Assembly: GCA_026025795.1 (NCBI GenBank)
Contig: JAPEUG010000030.1
Location: 1 to 64,000, forward strand
Length of the DNA: 64,000 bases
Reading direction: 5' to 3'
DNA from: Thelocarpon superellum
Lineage: Eukaryota
The notes beneath the pieces were generated by a model. That model was not told the DNA's origin. It saw only the letters and a list, made by a program, of their open reading frames with translations, and ran no database searches. The position numbers and the translations under genes were made by a program. Within the stretch, counting starts at the first letter, position 1. Every line of letters begins with the position of its first letter. Positions 1 to 12,160 of this stretch are shown here, piece after piece.

Positions 1-2263
1 CGGCAAAGTCTTGGGTTTTTTCAATTCATGTTCGGTCAAAGACCTCGCGGACATTGCGAGCGTCAGCGTCGACATCGCCCAGGCCATTGTCGCGCAGAAA
101 CCGTTTGCCTCGTTGGATGAGATTCGTATGATCTCGACAGACGTACCGTCGACTACAACCAAGCGAAAGACGACGAAAAAAGCCGTGGGCGAAAAGGTAG
201 TCCAGACGTGTCTCGACACCTGGACCGGCTACGAGGCTGTGGATGAACTCGTGGCCAAGTGCGAAGCGCTGGGTACTCCTGTGGCGAAGGAGATGAAGAA
301 GTGGGGCGTCGATGTGTATGGGGCGGCCCAGGCCGGGGAGATGGAGATTGTCAGTCTCGACGACACCCACCGCGCCGCCCGGGACTCGGGCATTGGGACC
401 CCGATGAGCTCGCCACAAACGCCCAAGGAAGAAGAGGGCGAGGGCGAGGGCGAGATTCACGGGGCAGTTGGGTCGCGTGCGCAACGGAGCAAGAAGAGCG
501 GGTTCATTGCACAGCCATCGAACATGGGGAGCGAGGTGGTTCTCAAGGACTACCAGCTTGTGGGCATCAACTGGTTGACGTTGCTCTTTGATCAGGGCCT
601 CAGCTGCATCTTGGCCGACGAGATGGGCTTGGGTAAGACATGCCAGGTCATCGCCTTTCTGGCACATCTGCTAGACCGGGGCGAGAAGGGACCGCACCTG
701 GTGGTGGTGCCGGGGTCGACCTTGGAGAATTGGCTGCGCGAGTTCAAGCGGTTCTGTCCGGCCCTGGTGGTCGAGCCATACTACGGTACGTTGATCTCGC
801 CATGGGGCTAGAGAAGTGTCCAGGCTGACTGGCGTGCTGCAGGTCCGGAAAAGGAGCGTGGCGAGATGCGGGACCAGATCACAGGAACCATCGCGCGGAT
901 CAACGTCATCGTCACCACCTACGACCTGGCCACCAAGCCCGTGGACAACAAATTCCTGCGGCGCCTTCGACCTACGGTCTGCGTCTACGACGAAGGTCAC
1001 GCACTGAAGAACAGCAACTCAAATCGTTACGAAGCTCTGATGCGGATCCCGGCCACGTTCCGCCTGCTTTTGACAGGGACGCCGCTGCAGAACAACCTGC
1101 GGGAACTCGCGGCGCTCCTGGGCTTTATCCTACCGTCGGTGTTCAACGAGCGCCGCGGTGATCTGGAACTCATCTTCAAGCACCGGGCGAAGACGGCGGA
1201 TAGTAACCACGACGCGCTGCTCTCGGCGCAGCGGATCGCGCGGGCCAAGTCGATGATGACGCCGTTCGTGCTCCGGCGCAAGAAACACCAGGTGCTGAAA
1301 CATCTGCCGCCGAAGACGACGCGCGTGGAGTATTGCGAGATGACGGCGGTGCAACGGGAAGTGTACGAGGAGGAGGTGAGGCTGACGCGTGAGGCGATGG
1401 AGTGCAAGGCGGCAGGCAAGAAATCCGACCGCGATGGCTACAACGTGATGATGCAGTTGCGAAAGGCGGCCATTCATCCGATGTTATTCCGACGACTCTT
1501 TGACGACGCCAAGATCCGAGCCATGTCCCACGCCTGTCTCAAGGAAGCTGAACTGTCGGATCGTGATGCCGAGTTTGTGTACGAAGACATGTCGTATTAT
1601 TCGGACTTCCAGCTGCATACCTTTTGCGAAGAGCATCCCGCAACCATGTCGCCATATAACATCCAGCACGACGAATGGATGGACTCGGGCAAGGTGGCGA
1701 AGCTTGCGGAACTCCTACTCACCTTCCGGGCCAATGGCGATCGGGCCTTGGTCTTCTCGCAGTTCACCATGGTCTTGAACATCCTCGAGGCGGTCATGGA
1801 GACGCTGCAGATGCAATTCTTCCGCATCGACGGGCAGACGCGGATCGACGAACGACAGGACATGATTGACCAATTCTACGAAGAAACAGACGTCACGGTC
1901 TTTCTGCTGTCAACCAAGGCGGGTGGCCAGGGCATCAACCTGGCGTGCGCCAACAAAGTGATCATCTTCGACCAGTCGTTTAATCCGCAGGAGGACATGC
2001 AGGCAGAGAACCGAGCCCATCGCGTTGGCCAGCAGCGTCCGGTGGAGGTGATCCGACTCGTGAGCAACGGGACGATTGAGGAGCAGATCCATGCCCTCGG
2101 CGAAACCAAGCTGGCACTGGATGAACGGGTGTCGGGCGATGTCGGCGGCGATACGGACGCGAAGGTGGAGGAGCAGGGGATGGACATGGTAAAGAGCATG
2201 TGGCTGAAGACGTCCCAGGCGGATGGGGAAGTGGAAACCGCAGAGGTATCGGTGAAGCCCTGA
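1..2263 (+). CDS. FUN30: Fun30/SMARCAD1-family Snf2 chromatin-remodelling ATPase (5' end outside window; intron 786-842)
   Basis: Snf2 motifs LKDYQ, ILADEMGLGKT, DEGH, LLLTGTPLQNN, FSQFT, LLSTKAGGQGINL, QAENRAHRVGQ. Intron GTACGT...GCTGAC...CAG joins ORFs 11-811 and 866-2263. Confidence 0.9.
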
Positions 2264-2411
2264 TGTACAGCTTCGTGCCGGACGTATGCCCCAGGACGAG
2301 CGGCACGACGATTGAGCATGACTAAAGCATGAGCATGTGCACTGGCAACAGCGCAGCGTTGCATCAGCATGCATGTATCACCGTTGCTGCCTCAACTACT
2401 TAGGAGACGCT

Positions 2412-3154
2412 TTATACATTTTCGCCGCTGCCGATGCGTTCATACGCCGCCTTGACTTCCTCCTTGGCCAACATGGCCTCCAACCATTTGCTGACATGGG
2501 GATACGGCGCCAAGTCGACGCCGGCAAAGCCATGGATCTTCACCCAGGGGATGAAGTGTGCATCGACGGCGCTGAACCCTTGAGGGAGGACGGACAGTCC
2601 GCCATGAGACTCGAGCTGGCCCTCCAACACGCCATAGGTGCGGAGCGTCTGCTCGCGATAGCGCGTGAGGGCATCTTCGTTCTTGCTGGGGTGGAAGTGC
2701 GCGAACCAGTTCACTTGGCCCTGTGAACGACGTTAGCCGACCCTCCGACCGGACGGCGAGTATCAGTCCCGACGCATCCTACCTGCATGGGACCCAGGCT
2801 CGAGAGGAGGAAGAAGATCCACTTGTCAAATTCGACGTGGGCCTGCTCGGAGTCCCTCCGAGGACCAAGTACATTCTGCTTGTCGTAGACGCGCAGGAGG
2901 TAGTTGATCACCGCGCCAGACTCCCACGACGTGATGTCCGTGTTGGAATCTTGGAGTGCGGGTACGCGACCGTTGGGATTGATCTTGGTGAAGACGGGCC
3001 CCTTGACCCCGTTGATGCCGTCGCCAAATTGCCAGGTCTTGACGGTGTAGGGAATGCCGAGGACCTCGAGCACGATGGCGACCTTGGGAGGGTTTGGTCC
3101 CGAGGCATGGGAATGCAAAATGAGCGGCTTCAGGGTGCTGTGGCTAGATGCCAT
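2412..3154 (-). CDS. Glutathione S-transferase, Ure2/GstA-like (intron 2721-2782)
   Basis: GPNPPKV, INPNGRVPAL, WESGAV, spliced LGPMQ/GQVNWF, C-terminal YPHVSKWL. Confidence 0.9.
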
Positions 3155-3598
3155 TGTGTGAGATCAATCGACTGCTTGAAGACTCAGCTGTTGCATGTAA
3201 GGTTATTGTTCCCAGTGACTTTCTGAGAAGATCTCTGCCTTTCGATACCCAGCGGTAGCTGATATAATCTATTGTGGGGACGTTTGGATTAGCTGCCCCT
3301 GCCTATCTCCTCGTCTCCCACCTCTGTTCCATTGCGTTAGAGGGACGGGTAGGGTGGAGATCAGGTCTACGATGGGCATAGAGGGACTGGTAGGGAGCGT
3401 CATTGACTTTCTCTCGCCGCTTCGTCGAATGAACGTCATCGTGGCGAGCGAGCAGAAAGGATTTGGAAGCATCGAGCCAATCACGTTCGACGACTCTACC
3501 ACCTCAGAAGAGGCTCGGGGGCTTTCCTCCGTCCCACCACACAATTGGTTACCCTCCACGACACACCCTTAGACATAGGAGTGTACGCTGCGCCGACC

Positions 3599-5372
3599 AT
3601 GAGGGCCGCCAGTTGGGCCCGATCTCGACGCCGGACGTTGCCCTGGATCTGCAGCTCATGTTCCCGTCGCGCGGGGCTGCGACGGACGCGGAGGACATAT
3701 GCCACGACGTCAGTCCAAGAGCCACCCGATGTTTATGACGTGGTGTGTGTGGGGGGAGGCCCCGCGGGACTGAGTCTGCTGACGGCTCTACGTATGTCAC
3801 GGTCCTGCACTCGACGCTGAAGACATTGATGAAGCTAAGTAGGGCCAATGATCAACAGGCGGATCACCAACCACATCGCGGTTGAAGATTGCCCTGGTCG
3901 AGAGTCAGGATCTAGGCCGCACCCGACAATGGACTTTGCCAGGAGATCAGTACTCCAACCGCGTCAGCTCATTGACGCCAAGCTCCGTGGGCTTCTTGAA
4001 GAGTGCGTATCGAGCACAAAAGGTGCCGTACACCGCTGACCATGGCTCCCTAGACATTGGCGTATGGCCACACATCCAGCGTGATCGAGTGCAAGCCTAC
4101 ACCGAGATGCAAGTATGGGACGGGATGACCGATGCCCGAGTTTCATTCGACTGGCCATCAGAGACGCCAAGCCAGCGCGCCAGGGCCCCCAGCCAAACAA
4201 TCGCATACATGACGGAGAATCTCAACCTCACATCGGCGCTCCTCCGGCGCGTGGATGAAATGGGCGGCCTACAGATCTTCGACAACACCAGAGTGGAGAA
4301 GATCGGTCTTGGTCCTGAGACGGACCGTGTCGATCTCAGCAGCTGGCCCGTCGTGGAGCTCTCCGGAGGTCAACGACTCGCCGCTCGACTACTGGTCGGG
4401 GCCGATGGAGCCAACAGCCCGGTGCGCACCTTTGCAGACATTCCTAGTCGAGGATGGGACTACGATCGACACGGCGTAGTGGCCACGGTCCGACTTCAAG
4501 AGGGCGTTCGGGGTCCGAAAACAGCATATCAGCGATTCCTACCCACAGGGCCCGTAGCCTTGCTCCCCGTATGCCCCTTCCCCTTCCCTCCTCTCCTCTC
4601 CAATCTAACGAGCCCAGCTCCCGGGAAACCTCGCGACGCTCGTGTGGACGACACTTCCGTCTCACGCAAGCCAGCTGAAATCGCTCTCGCCCGCCAATTT
4701 CACCGCCATGGTCAACGCGGCCTTCCGGCTCTCGCCCGTCGACCTAGCATACATGCACACGCAGGCGGACGGACAAGACGAGGAGCTGGCGTGGCGTCTA
4801 CCTCACACTCCCGTCGCTGAATCGTTGATCCCGGCTACGGCGACATCGGTGCAGCATGGCAGCATTGCCAGTTTCCCACTACGTATGCGCCACGCTGATC
4901 GCTACGTCGCTGAGCGTGTCGCTCTCGTTGGGTATGGCCTCCTTCCAGCTCTCCCTACGTCCTTTCGACCTCTCCCTTCGCCCTCCTCGTTTCCCATCGC
5001 TCTCTCCCCCCGCATTTCTCCCTTGTTCTGACAGCACAACGGAACAGCGACGCAGCACATACGATGCACCCACTAGCAGGGCAAGGCTTGAACCTAGGCC
5101 AGGGCGACGTATCCTCTTTACACTACACAATCTCTGCCTCGGTCGCCCACGGCGGCGACATCGGCGCGTCAATAGCCCTGGAACCGTACAACGCCGCGCG
5201 CTACGCGCCTAACAACGCCATGCTCGGCGTCGTCGATAAATTGCATAAGCTCTACAGCGTCTCTTCTGGTCCGCTTGTGCCACTCCGATCTTGGGGCTTG
5301 AGTGCTGTGCAGAACATGACCGGGCTCAAGGGGATACTGATGCGTGTGGCGGCTGGTGAGATGGGGGGTTAA
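3599..5372 (+). CDS. COQ6: Ubiquinone biosynthesis FAD monooxygenase Coq6 (4 introns)
   Basis: Arg-rich mitochondrial presequence, YDVVCVGGGPAG, YSNRVSSLTP, LLVGADGANS, AYQRFLPTGPVALLP, GDAAHTMHPLAGQGLNLG. Introns approx. 3792-3858, 4003-4053, 4569-4617, 4932-5047. Confidence 0.93.
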
Positions 5373-5404
5373 GATGTAGCATGGGATTCGATTTGGCTTC
5401 TTTT

Positions 5405-7324
5405 CTATGTAGATGGTGTGCTAGCTGCTTCCGTCCCCGTCTTCGCTTTCGCCTTCAGCGACAGGTCTTGCACCGCTTCCACCACCGCTCCTGCCGCTGT
5501 CTCTCCCTCGATCTGCTCCTCCTCCCCTGCACTCAACCTTCCCAGACGACTTCGAACCTGCTGCACCAAATCCTTCACATCGATCAGGACGCCGTCTTTC
5601 TCCGGATGACCCTCCCTGAGCCCCAACTGCTTGATGCGGACCTGGCCCGCCTTCTGCTCGTCCTCGCCCAGAATGACCGCAAACGGGACGCCGTTGGCCT
5701 CCGCGGCCTTGAACTGCGCCGGCAGCTTCGGCTTCGCTTTGTACGCGAACTCCGCCTTGATCCCCGCGTCCCAGAGCGTGCGCGCAACGGACATGCGCTC
5801 GGCCAGGAGGCCCGTGAAGCCTTTCCCGCCGAACGCCATCACGTATACGTCGATCTCGGAGGGCCGAAGGGCGAGCGTGGTGGGCGAAGAGCGCGACTTG
5901 GTCAGCGAGAAGATCCGGTCCACCCCGAATGAGATCCCGACGCATGGAATCTGCGTTCGCCCGGAGAACATCCCAACTAGAGAGTCGTATCGTCCGCCGG
6001 CGGCTACGCTGCCGACTCCGATAGCGGGGTCCGAGGACCGGTCTTCGTCGGGGTCGGTGGCGGTGGCGTGCAGTATCTTGCTTTTTGACTGCGAGGGTGG
6101 ATGCCTGCTCGATGTGGATGTGGATGTGGATGCGGATGGAGGCGCTGATCCTTCTGTCACGACTTCGTAGATTACCCCCGTGTAATAGTCTAGACCGCGC
6201 GCCAGGGAGAGATCGAATGAGACTCGGTCGAGGACTTGGAAGGCTTCGAGGTAGTCGAAAAGGAGGGCCATGTCGTCGAGGCCCGCGAGGGCAGAGGCGT
6301 TGGAAGAGAGGGTGGCGTTGGCTCGGAGCGAGTGGAGCAGCTCTCGCGCCCCCTTCTGCACCACGTATTCTCCAATCTTGTCCGCTACCTCGGCGTCGAG
6401 ATTCTTGTCTTCCGTCATCTCTCGTCGCACTTCGGTCCACGGGAGCTGTCCACTGGATCAGCGGGGCCAGATGTGACCACATGATACTCTCGACGCATAC
6501 CTTGTCAAGCTTGTCGACGGCGCTACTGATGCTTCGGATCTTGTCTTGGGGCACGCCGCAGACTTCGAAGATGCCGTCCAGGATCTTGCGGTGGTTGATC
6601 TTGATCAAAAACTGGCCCTTCCATCCCAGCCCCTCGAACACCTCGCACGTGATCCGCAGAATCTCCGCGTCGGGCAACATGGGGTCGTACGTTCCGGCGA
6701 TGTCGAAGTCGCATTGGTAGAATTCCCGCATGCGCCCTTTGGTCATGGCGGGCTGATCTCTCCGATACACCTTGGCGATGTGGTAGCGCTTGATGTTCTG
6801 CACCGACGGGTTCATCGCGAGCCATCGGGCGAATGGTACCGTCAGGTCGTACCGGAGCGAGCATATCTCGCCGCCTTGGTCGTCTAGGTCGTAGATCAAT
6901 TTCGAGTCTTCGCCGTACTTGCCCGACAGGATCTCCTTGAGCTCGAAGACGGGCCTATCTCACACATCAGCCACCACAGCCACCATCATCATCCGGAGGC
7001 GCAGACTCACGTATCAATCGTCACGGCGCCATGTCGTTTGAATACATCCGAGATGGTCGAGAAGATTCGGTCTCGAATGACCATGTCCTTGCCGCCCCCT
7101 ATCCCGGGTCAGCTCGGTCTCTCGTTGGGCACCGGGGAGAGAGGAGGAGACGTACAGTCTCGCGTGCCCTTGGGCGTTTTTAACTGGAACTGCACCTTTT
7201 CCTTCCCCATCGTGTCGTCTTCCCGGGCGATGGTGCCGAAGCACCGGCGCCGACTTGAAATTGGCCGTGTTCCAGAGAAGAGTGATCGCCAGGACCGGAG
7301 CGAGCGTGTCAATGTCACCCTCAT
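5405..7324 (-). CDS. HTS1: Histidyl-tRNA synthetase; upstream ATG 7324 (mitochondrial form), downstream in-frame ATG 7210 (cytosolic form)
   Basis: [56 protein letters not shown], anticodon-binding domain. Introns 7099-7155, 6955-7010, 6446-6500. Confidence 0.95.
6111..6140. repeat. Imperfect (GATGTG)n hexamer repeat encoding Ser/Thr run in the HisRS insertion
   Basis: gatgtg x3 followed by gatgcg gatgga; encodes SASTSTSTS on the minus strand. Confidence 0.7.
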
Positions 7325-7662
7325 TCACAGCACAGGTCGTAGTGCGGCAAAATGGAACCAGCGCGAGCAAATGTCGGAGCTCATGTGGAGTGTTGTGGTC
7401 GGCCTCTACAATCGCTCATCCTTGGTGTCAGTCACCGCGCGCCGGGGGATCTCCCGCTCCCGCACTTCACGTGGCGAGGCGTCGGCCATTTCACCCAGCC
7501 GGCGACTACGCTTCCTCCACACGCCTCATTCTATGAGTTCGGTCATTTTCCACGCTCGGAACGGCAACATCGCAATAGATCAGAATTCTCGGGGACCATG
7601 TCTCTTCTCATCGTCCTGTCGATCGCCCTCCTGCCAGCGCTGCTAGAGTACATGCACCGTGT

Positions 7663-8484
7663 TTACCACGGCAAGACACCTGTCTTGTTGATTGCTTTCC
7701 CCACTTCAGCATCCCGCTTCCCCTCCACGACCCCCACCACTACCTCCGCACCGTCTTCCGCTTTGCCTGGAACGTGTCCACGCTTCATTGGTGGCGGGGG
7801 TACTTTGGCGATATACTCTTGGAGCAGGTTGGTCTGAAGCGCTCCGGGATCGATGGCCCACACCTTAATGCCTTTGGCTCCCAAGTCTTTGTGATACTGC
7901 ACCACCAACATGTTCAAGGCCGCCTTGCTCGCCCGATATTCCACAAAGGGCCGGGCGTAGGAGACCCAGGCCGGGTCGCTGGCATAGGCCAGCGAGGCCA
8001 GCGAGGTGGTAAGGAATAGCAAGCGCGGGTCGGCCGACTGGAGCAGCAGAGGCGCGAAGGCTTCCGTCACCGCGGCCTGGCCAAAGGTGTTGGTTTCAAA
8101 GGTTTGACGGAGCATGTTGCGCACGGGGTCGCCAGGTGGAACGACGATGCCGGCATTGTTGATCAAGACGTCCAGCCGGCCGAATTGTTCCTGCACCGTT
8201 TTGATCGCTCGCTCAATGGATGCATCATCGAGGAGGTCGAGCTGTAGAGCAGCGATGGAGCCCTTCAGACCCGTAGCCTTCAGGCTTGACATGGCTTCAG
8301 TCACTCGCTCGAGCGAACGTCCGCCGAGGAAGACATGATATTTCTCGGAGTCGCTGGCCAGAAGCCGGACCGTCTGAAAACCAATGCCAGAGTTGGCGCC
8401 TGCCAGCCCCTCTCAGATGTTTTCCTCATGAAGTTCCTCTCAGGACTTACCTGTGACGACGACCACAATTTTCTCGGTAGCCAT
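7663..8484 (-). CDS. Short-chain dehydrogenase/reductase (carbonyl-reductase-like; intron 8400-8450)
   Basis: Spliced VVVVTGANSGIG Rossmann motif, GRLDVLINNAGI, YRASKAALN (YxxxK), C-terminal VLPW. Confidence 0.9.
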
Positions 8485-9030
8485 GGTGATTCTGATGGAT
8501 TTGATGGCTCGGACGGTTGATCCGATTCTGTCCTTGGGGCGGGATGCTGAGCTCTCTACGTATACGGAACCGGAGATTCCCGGAGAAATCCACCCTTCTT
8601 ATGCACATTTGATCCAAGATAGTCATTCATCAGAAGTAACCATGCTACGGCCGGGCCTGCGGACTTAGGCCTATTCATCGTGAGACCCTTCGCCAGCAAA
8701 GGACATATCGGACTTAACGAGGACTGCCCGAAGGTAGAACGTCGACAGAGAGTTTAGATCGTGGTGACCTTCACAATGCCATCCTTGGCCGTCCATGGAT
8801 GGACTCTCCTAGTATCGCCGCGATCAAAGTCCTATGTTCAATACAATCCCATGGAGCAGATATGTAGACAAGCCCTGAAGCTTAGGCCGTTGCCCCGCCG
8901 TCTTGCTAACGAGGTAGCGAGAGCCGAGCGAGTTGGCGACGGTCGAGACAACGGTCGCGAGCTTGAGAAGGTTCGTGGCAAGCCTCCCTCGATGGCGGCC
9001 TCCTGGACCTGATCCCATGGGACAATCAGC

Positions 9031-11446
9031 ATGACCACGGCTCCGGTGGTGGGGCTTGATAATAGCCACCTGGCCGATCAGGCCAGGAAAGACCTTTTGA
9101 ATCTCCTAGAAGGGGTATGTAGCTGAGACCCTGCAATTGGTCGAGCTCGTGTCCCATGCATCCCACGCTCACTGAACTAGGTCCGCGGGAAGAAGAATGT
9201 CGTGATTCAGAAAAGTCTTGCCGGAACCATCGGCTTGTTTGTCAAGTTCTCCACCTTGCAGGACTATGGGGTGGACAAGGTTTTCTTCCTAGAGAATGGC
9301 AACCTCGATGCCTCACAGCGAAATGTCGTCTTCATCGCTCGCGGCGAGACGGCGGCCAACGCCCAGGCCATTGCCGGTATGTGCCTGACATTTCTTGATG
9401 GCGCATCATCGTCATGGCGATGCATCGTTTCCGGGCCCCGCCTTGTGCGTTCATGGTCGAACCTATCGTTCCGGCATGGTCTGACAGATCACGCACTTCA
9501 GCACAGATCAAGAAGCTACAGCAGAGCTCACAGATCGATCATGATTTCTCCGTCTTCTGGGTCCCACGGCGCACGCTGGTGGGCGAGAAGATCTTGGAGG
9601 ACGCCGGCGTGCTCGGCGACGTCAGTCTGGCCGAATTTTCGTTGTACTTCATTCCATTAGAGAACGATCTGCTCTCTCTCGAGCTCCATGATTCGTTCGC
9701 CGACCTGTATCTGGTACGATGGCGTCACGCCGCCCCCCTGACTGATCGATCCCCTCTGATGGCCCACAGCATAAAGATCCCACGCCCACCTTCATGGCGG
9801 CGAAGGCACTGATGCTGATGCAACAACGACATGGACTCTTTCCACGCATCACCGGCAAAGGCGACCATGCCCGACGGCTGGCCGATCTCTTACTCCGCAT
9901 GCGGTCGGAGGTGGCGGCGGGAGAAGAGGTATCAAGCACCGGGGGAGCCATTGGGGGACTCGCGCCCAGCGCCACCATCGACAACCTCCTCATCATCGAT
10001 CGAGAGGTCGACTTTGCCACCGTCCTTCTCACCCAGCTCACATATGAGGGTCTGGTGGACGAGCTGATGCACATCCGCAACAACCAGGCCGAGATTGACT
10101 CGTCCATCATCGGGGCTGCACCCACGGGCCAAGCATCTCAGTCACCCACCAACAACAACACCTCGTCCCTCCAGTCGCAACAGGGCATGAAACGGCGAAT
10201 TCAGCTGGACTCATCAGACAAGCTCTATCATCAGCTACGCGACGCCAACTTCGCCATCGTCGGCGGCATCTTGAACAAGATCGCGCGCCGGCTCGAGAGC
10301 GACTACGAAAGCCGGCACTCGGCCAAGAGCACGTCGGAGTTGCGCGAGTTCGTCAGCAAGCTGCCGAGCTTTCAGAACGAGCAGCAGAGCCTGAAGATCC
10401 ACACGAGCCTGGCCGAGGAAATCATGAAGCACACGCGCACCGACTTCTTCAACCGCAGTCTCGAAGTGCAACAAAACCTCGCCGCGGGCGCCGATCCCGC
10501 CTCTCTGCACGACATCGTGGACGAGCTCATCGCGCGTGACGCGCCCCTTGCCACCGTCCTCCGTCTGCTCTGTCTCGAATCCTGCGTCTCGGGCGGCCTA
10601 AAGCCCAAGGACATGGAGACCTACAAGCGCGAGATCCTGCACGCCTACGGCTTCCAGCACCTCCTCACGCTCCACGCGCTCGAGCGTCTCCAGCTCCTCC
10701 AGTCGCGCAGCTCCGCCACCGCGGCGCTCATGATCCCCTCGGCCGCCAGCAGCACCAGCGCGGCCGGCACCAAGACGAACTACACCTACCTGCGCAAAGC
10801 GCTCCGGCTGATTGTCGACGAAGTCAACGAGCAGGACCCGAACGACATCGCCTACGTCTACAGCGGCTACGCACCGCTCAGCGTGCGCCTGGTGCAGTGC
10901 GTGCTGCAGAAGCAGTACCTCCTCTCCATCACCAAGGGCGGTAGCGCCGGCGGCGGTGGTGGCGGTGGTGGTGCGGGGGCCAGTGGAGCCGGTGGCGGGG
11001 CAGGCGGTACCGGCACCGGCGCGTCGTCCAATGGCGTCAGCAGCGCCGCGCAGGGCTGGCGCGGCTTCGACGAGATGATCAAATACGCCAAGGGCAAGAC
11101 GGTCGAGGAGGTCCAGCGCGGCGAGGACAAGGCCGTCCGCGCCCGCATGATCCTCAATGGCCAGAACGAACGCAAGACCGTCGTCGTCTTCTTCCTGGGC
11201 GGGATCACGTATACGGAGATTGCGGCCTTGCGCTTCATTGCGAAGAAAGAGGGTGGTACGTTCATGATTTATATTTGTCCGTGCTTTGAAAAGACCGTTT
11301 CGTGTGTCAGGTAGGACGTGCTAATTCCCGGTCAACATCTCTCTCCAGGCCGCCGCCAGATCATCATCTGCACTACCTCCGTCATCAATGGCAATAGCAT
11401 GATGGACGCGGCGATTGAACATCGCGGTTTTGGAGGTGACGTATGA
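9031..11446 (+). CDS. VPS33: Vacuolar sorting Sec1/Munc18-family protein Vps33 (4 introns)
   Basis: LLNLLEG/VRGKK, WVPRRTLV, PLENDLLSLEL, LIIDREVD, QLTYEGLVDE, YVYSGYAPLSVRLVQ, VFFLGGITYTEIAALRF. Last intron 11256-11348, stop TGA 11444-11446. Confidence 0.93.
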
Positions 11447-11569
11447 TATGCGAGGAAAGACGACGGTTGAGACAAGATGGGACGCGACGAGAGGAGCCGA
11501 GAAGAGAGAGGCCAGACGTGTGAAGAAGGGACGGCGGCCGGCCGCTACGTCCAGTGTATGCAATCCAAA

Positions 11570-12160
11570 CTACCATCCGTTATTCTTCCCAATGGTGATA
11601 CCCTCGAGCATCAGAGTGCTGGGTGCGGTGGGCAGCGTGCCGGGGAAAATGGTGTGGTTGAGGTGATCGATCATGGCAGAGCAGCTCGTCTCATTGACGA
11701 GCGGCAGATGGAGCGTGAGGTTGCCATATTGATTGCAGACGTAGAACATGTCCTTGTTTGACTCGTCGCACGAGAAGAGGAGGGGGATGCATGCGTCGGG
11801 CGTGCAGAGCGCCTCGGCGTCGGATGTGCCGGTGGCCGTGGTATTCTTGGGGTGCGGGTTGGTGTTCCTGTCACCGTCTGACGTACACGGCGTGTGGTTA
11901 TTATTCGGGCAGTTGAGCAGCTCCCAGCTATAGCCCACGGCGTTATCGACACAGATGATGTTGGTGGGCGTGCGTTCGGCGACGTAATAGTTTGGCGGCG
12001 CGCACCCCAGATAGCTGAAGGTGGAGAAGCAATGCTGGACATTTTCCTCGGTGCAGCTCCAATCTGGGTCCTTCGGCGTCAGCGTATCGTTGCGGGCAAA
12101 CTCAATCGCTGCGGCAAGGAGAGGAAGCGCGGCAACGGCGCCGATCGAGGGGAGAAGCAT
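11570..12160 (-). CDS. Hypothetical secreted cysteine-rich protein (196 aa, intronless)
   Basis: ATG at 12160 (the track's 12166 start is GTG). Hydrophobic signal peptide MLLPSIGAVAALPLLAAA, 11 Cys, several N-x-T sequons, GC3-rich coding-like codon usage. No family recognised. Confidence 0.7.
   Translation of the reverse strand: MLLPSIGAVAALPLLAAAIEFARNDTLTPKDPDWSCTEENVQHCFSTFSYLGCAPPNYYVAERTPTNIICVDNAVGYSWELLNCPNNNHTPCTSDGDRNTNPHPKNTTATGTSDAEALCTPDACIPLLFSCDESNKDMFYVCNQYGNLTLHLPLVNETSCSAMIDHLNHTIFPGTLPTAPSTLMLEGITIGKNNGW

Noticed and set aside
4003..4053. In-frame stop-free 51-nt intron in COQ6 as a regulated isoform
   Set aside because: It has a canonical GTGCGT donor and GCTGAC branch site; short GC-rich 3n introns often lack stops by chance.
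5421..6899. 492-aa ORF suggesting a frameshifted or chimeric HisRS
   Set aside because: Explained by intron 6446-6500; the spliced HTS1 is intact.
2412..8484. GST + FAD monooxygenase + SDR as a secondary-metabolite cluster
   Set aside because: The monooxygenase is housekeeping COQ6, HTS1 intervenes, and no backbone synthase, transporter or cluster regulator is present.
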